Positions 30,992 through 32,000 of a stretch of DNA of 32,000 nucleotides are shown here, piece by piece. Each line of letters begins with the position of its first letter. Position 1 is the first letter of the stretch. The notes beneath the pieces were generated by a model. The model worked only from the letters and a program-made list of their open reading frames with translations. It was not told where the DNA came from and ran no database searches. A program made the position numbers and the translations under genes. Origin of the DNA: Phycisphaera mikurensis NBRC 102666 (lineage in GTDB: Bacteria; Planctomycetota; Phycisphaerae; Phycisphaerales; Phycisphaeraceae); NCBI RefSeq assembly GCF_000284115.1, contig NC_017080.1, positions 2,580,001-2,612,000 on the forward strand. The letters run 5' to 3'.

Positions 30992-32000
30992 TCAGCGGGG
31001 CACGGTGACCCGGACGCACGTGCCGCGGCCGCTGCCGGTGGGCAGCGGCGAGCCCGAGCTGCCGGGCCGGCCGATCTCCAGGCGGCCGCCGACCTCCGAA
31101 GCCCGGTAGCCGAGGATCTGCATCCCGCGGCCGGTGCTCTCGGAGTCCAGCATGCCGGAGCCCTCGCAGGACGTGCCGCAGCCGTCGTCGGTCACGCTGA
31201 GCACCAGCGCCGCGTCGTCGACCAGGAGCTCGATCTCGATGAGCTCGGCGTCGGCGTGGCGGGCGGCGTTGATCGCCGCCTCCTGCGCCATCGCGAGGAA
31301 GTGGTTGGCCGCCTCCTCCTGCAGCACGCCGACCACCGGCATGCAGCGGCTCGTGGCGGGCACGCCGTAGAAGTTCTGCACGTTCGACGCCACCTGGCCC
31401 AGCGCCACCGGCAGCTCTTCCACGGCGATCCGCTCGGGCGTCAACCCCGAGATCATCCGGCGGACCTCGGTGCTCGCCGACGCCACCACCTCGGCGATCT
31501 CGTCGAGGGCGGAGAGCTTCGGCACCTCGCCCCGCTTCACCTGGCGGCGGACCTTCTCGATGAGCATCCGCACGCCGGTGAACTGCTGGCCGATGCCGTC
31601 GTGGAGGTTGCGGCCCATCGCCTGGCGCTCCTCCACCGCCTTCTCCAGCACCGCCGCCTGCAGCGCCGACTGGCGCTGCTCGGTGATGTCGGTAACGACG
31701 GCGAGCACGCCCAGCGGCTCGCCGTCGGCGTCGTAGAGCGGAGACTTGTCGGTCCGCAGCCAGATCCGCTTGCCCGAGGGGAGGGTCTGCTTCTCCACGT
31801 ACCCGAGCTTGGCGACGCCGCTCTTGAGCACGTCCATGTCGTCGGCGTAGTAGCTCGCGGCCTCCTCCGGGAACAGCTCCTCGGTGCTGCGGCCCTCGAT
31901 CCGGTCCAGCGGCATCCCCATCAGGTCCGCCACCGCCTGGTTCACACGCAGCACGTTGTTGTGGCAGTCCTTGAAGAAGATGAGCGCCGGAACCGCGTTG
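30992..32000 (-). CDS. PAS-domain sensor histidine kinase (HisKA_3 / NarX-type), partial (N-terminus beyond the right edge)
   Basis: The frame stays open to the window end (…NAVPALIFFKDCHNNVLRVNQAVADLMGMP… PAS). H-box NLHDGIGQQFTG. HATPase_c: AINAARHA...VTDDGCG...GRGMQILGYRASEVGGRLEI. Paired with the downstream NarL-type regulator. Confidence 0.88.
   Translation of the reverse strand, partial: NAVPALIFFKDCHNNVLRVNQAVADLMGMPLDRIEGRSTEELFPEEAASYYADDMDVLKSGVAKLGYVEKQTLPSGKRIWLRTDKSPLYDADGEPLGVLAVVTDITEQRQSALQAAVLEKAVEERQAMGRNLHDGIGQQFTGVRMLIEKVRRQVKRGEVPKLSALDEIAEVVASASTEVRRMISGLTPERIAVEELPVALGQVASNVQNFYGVPATSRCMPVVGVLQEEAANHFLAMAQEAAINAARHADAELIEIELLVDDAALVLSVTDDGCGTSCEGSGMLDSESTGRGMQILGYRASEVGGRLEIGRPGSSGSPLPTGSGRGTCVRVTVPR

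Overview
This is a high-GC (about 70-73% by eye), densely coding bacterial chromosomal segment. I can support 24 protein genes, two of them cut by the window edges.

Genes, left to right:
- SDR oxidoreductase (partial)
- GT2 glycosyltransferase and DUF547 lipoprotein pair
- class-I aminotransferase
- STAS-MlaE-MlaF-type ABC module
- bactofilin
- cytoplasmic GH10-like TIM-barrel protein, divergent from a secreted HEAT-repeat protein
- ilvD
- polyprenyl-diphosphate synthase
- PAS/GAF-REC signalling protein
- BON-MscS channel
- two PEP-CTERM-tailed proteins, one of them GH30
- recG
- DHOD-like protein
- DsbD-like thiol:disulfide transporter
- small RusA-like protein
- Cys4 zinc-ribbon protein
- argS
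- NarL/LuxR-type response regulator with a PAS histidine kinase (partial)

The PEP-CTERM tails, extreme GC3 and scarcity of Shine-Dalgarno sequences suggest a Planctomycetota (Phycisphaerae-like) host. That is inference only.

I saw no rRNA, tRNA, CRISPR array, transposase, integrase, prophage block or recognisable defence cluster.

Structure not explained by the genes:
1. A 26-unit 8-bp tandem array (GGGAAGCG) fills the mlaE-mlaF intercistronic spacer.
2. A ~150-165 nt hairpin-forming, MITE-like repeat has two copies. One is flanked by CTAG and sits exactly on the mscS stop codon.
3. A second palindromic repeat family is built from GTGCCA/TGGCAC modules and has two inverted copies.
4. Short in-frame tandem repeats occur in ilvD and mscS.
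5. A doubled CCGCGG-N-CCGCGG palindrome lies in a divergent promoter region.

I did not find a convincing multi-gene novel system. The most unusual coding items are a stand-alone RusA-like protein near recG, a His-less DHp/REC signalling protein, and a GT2 gene with no canonical start codon. All homology calls are by-eye motif recognition. No searches were run.
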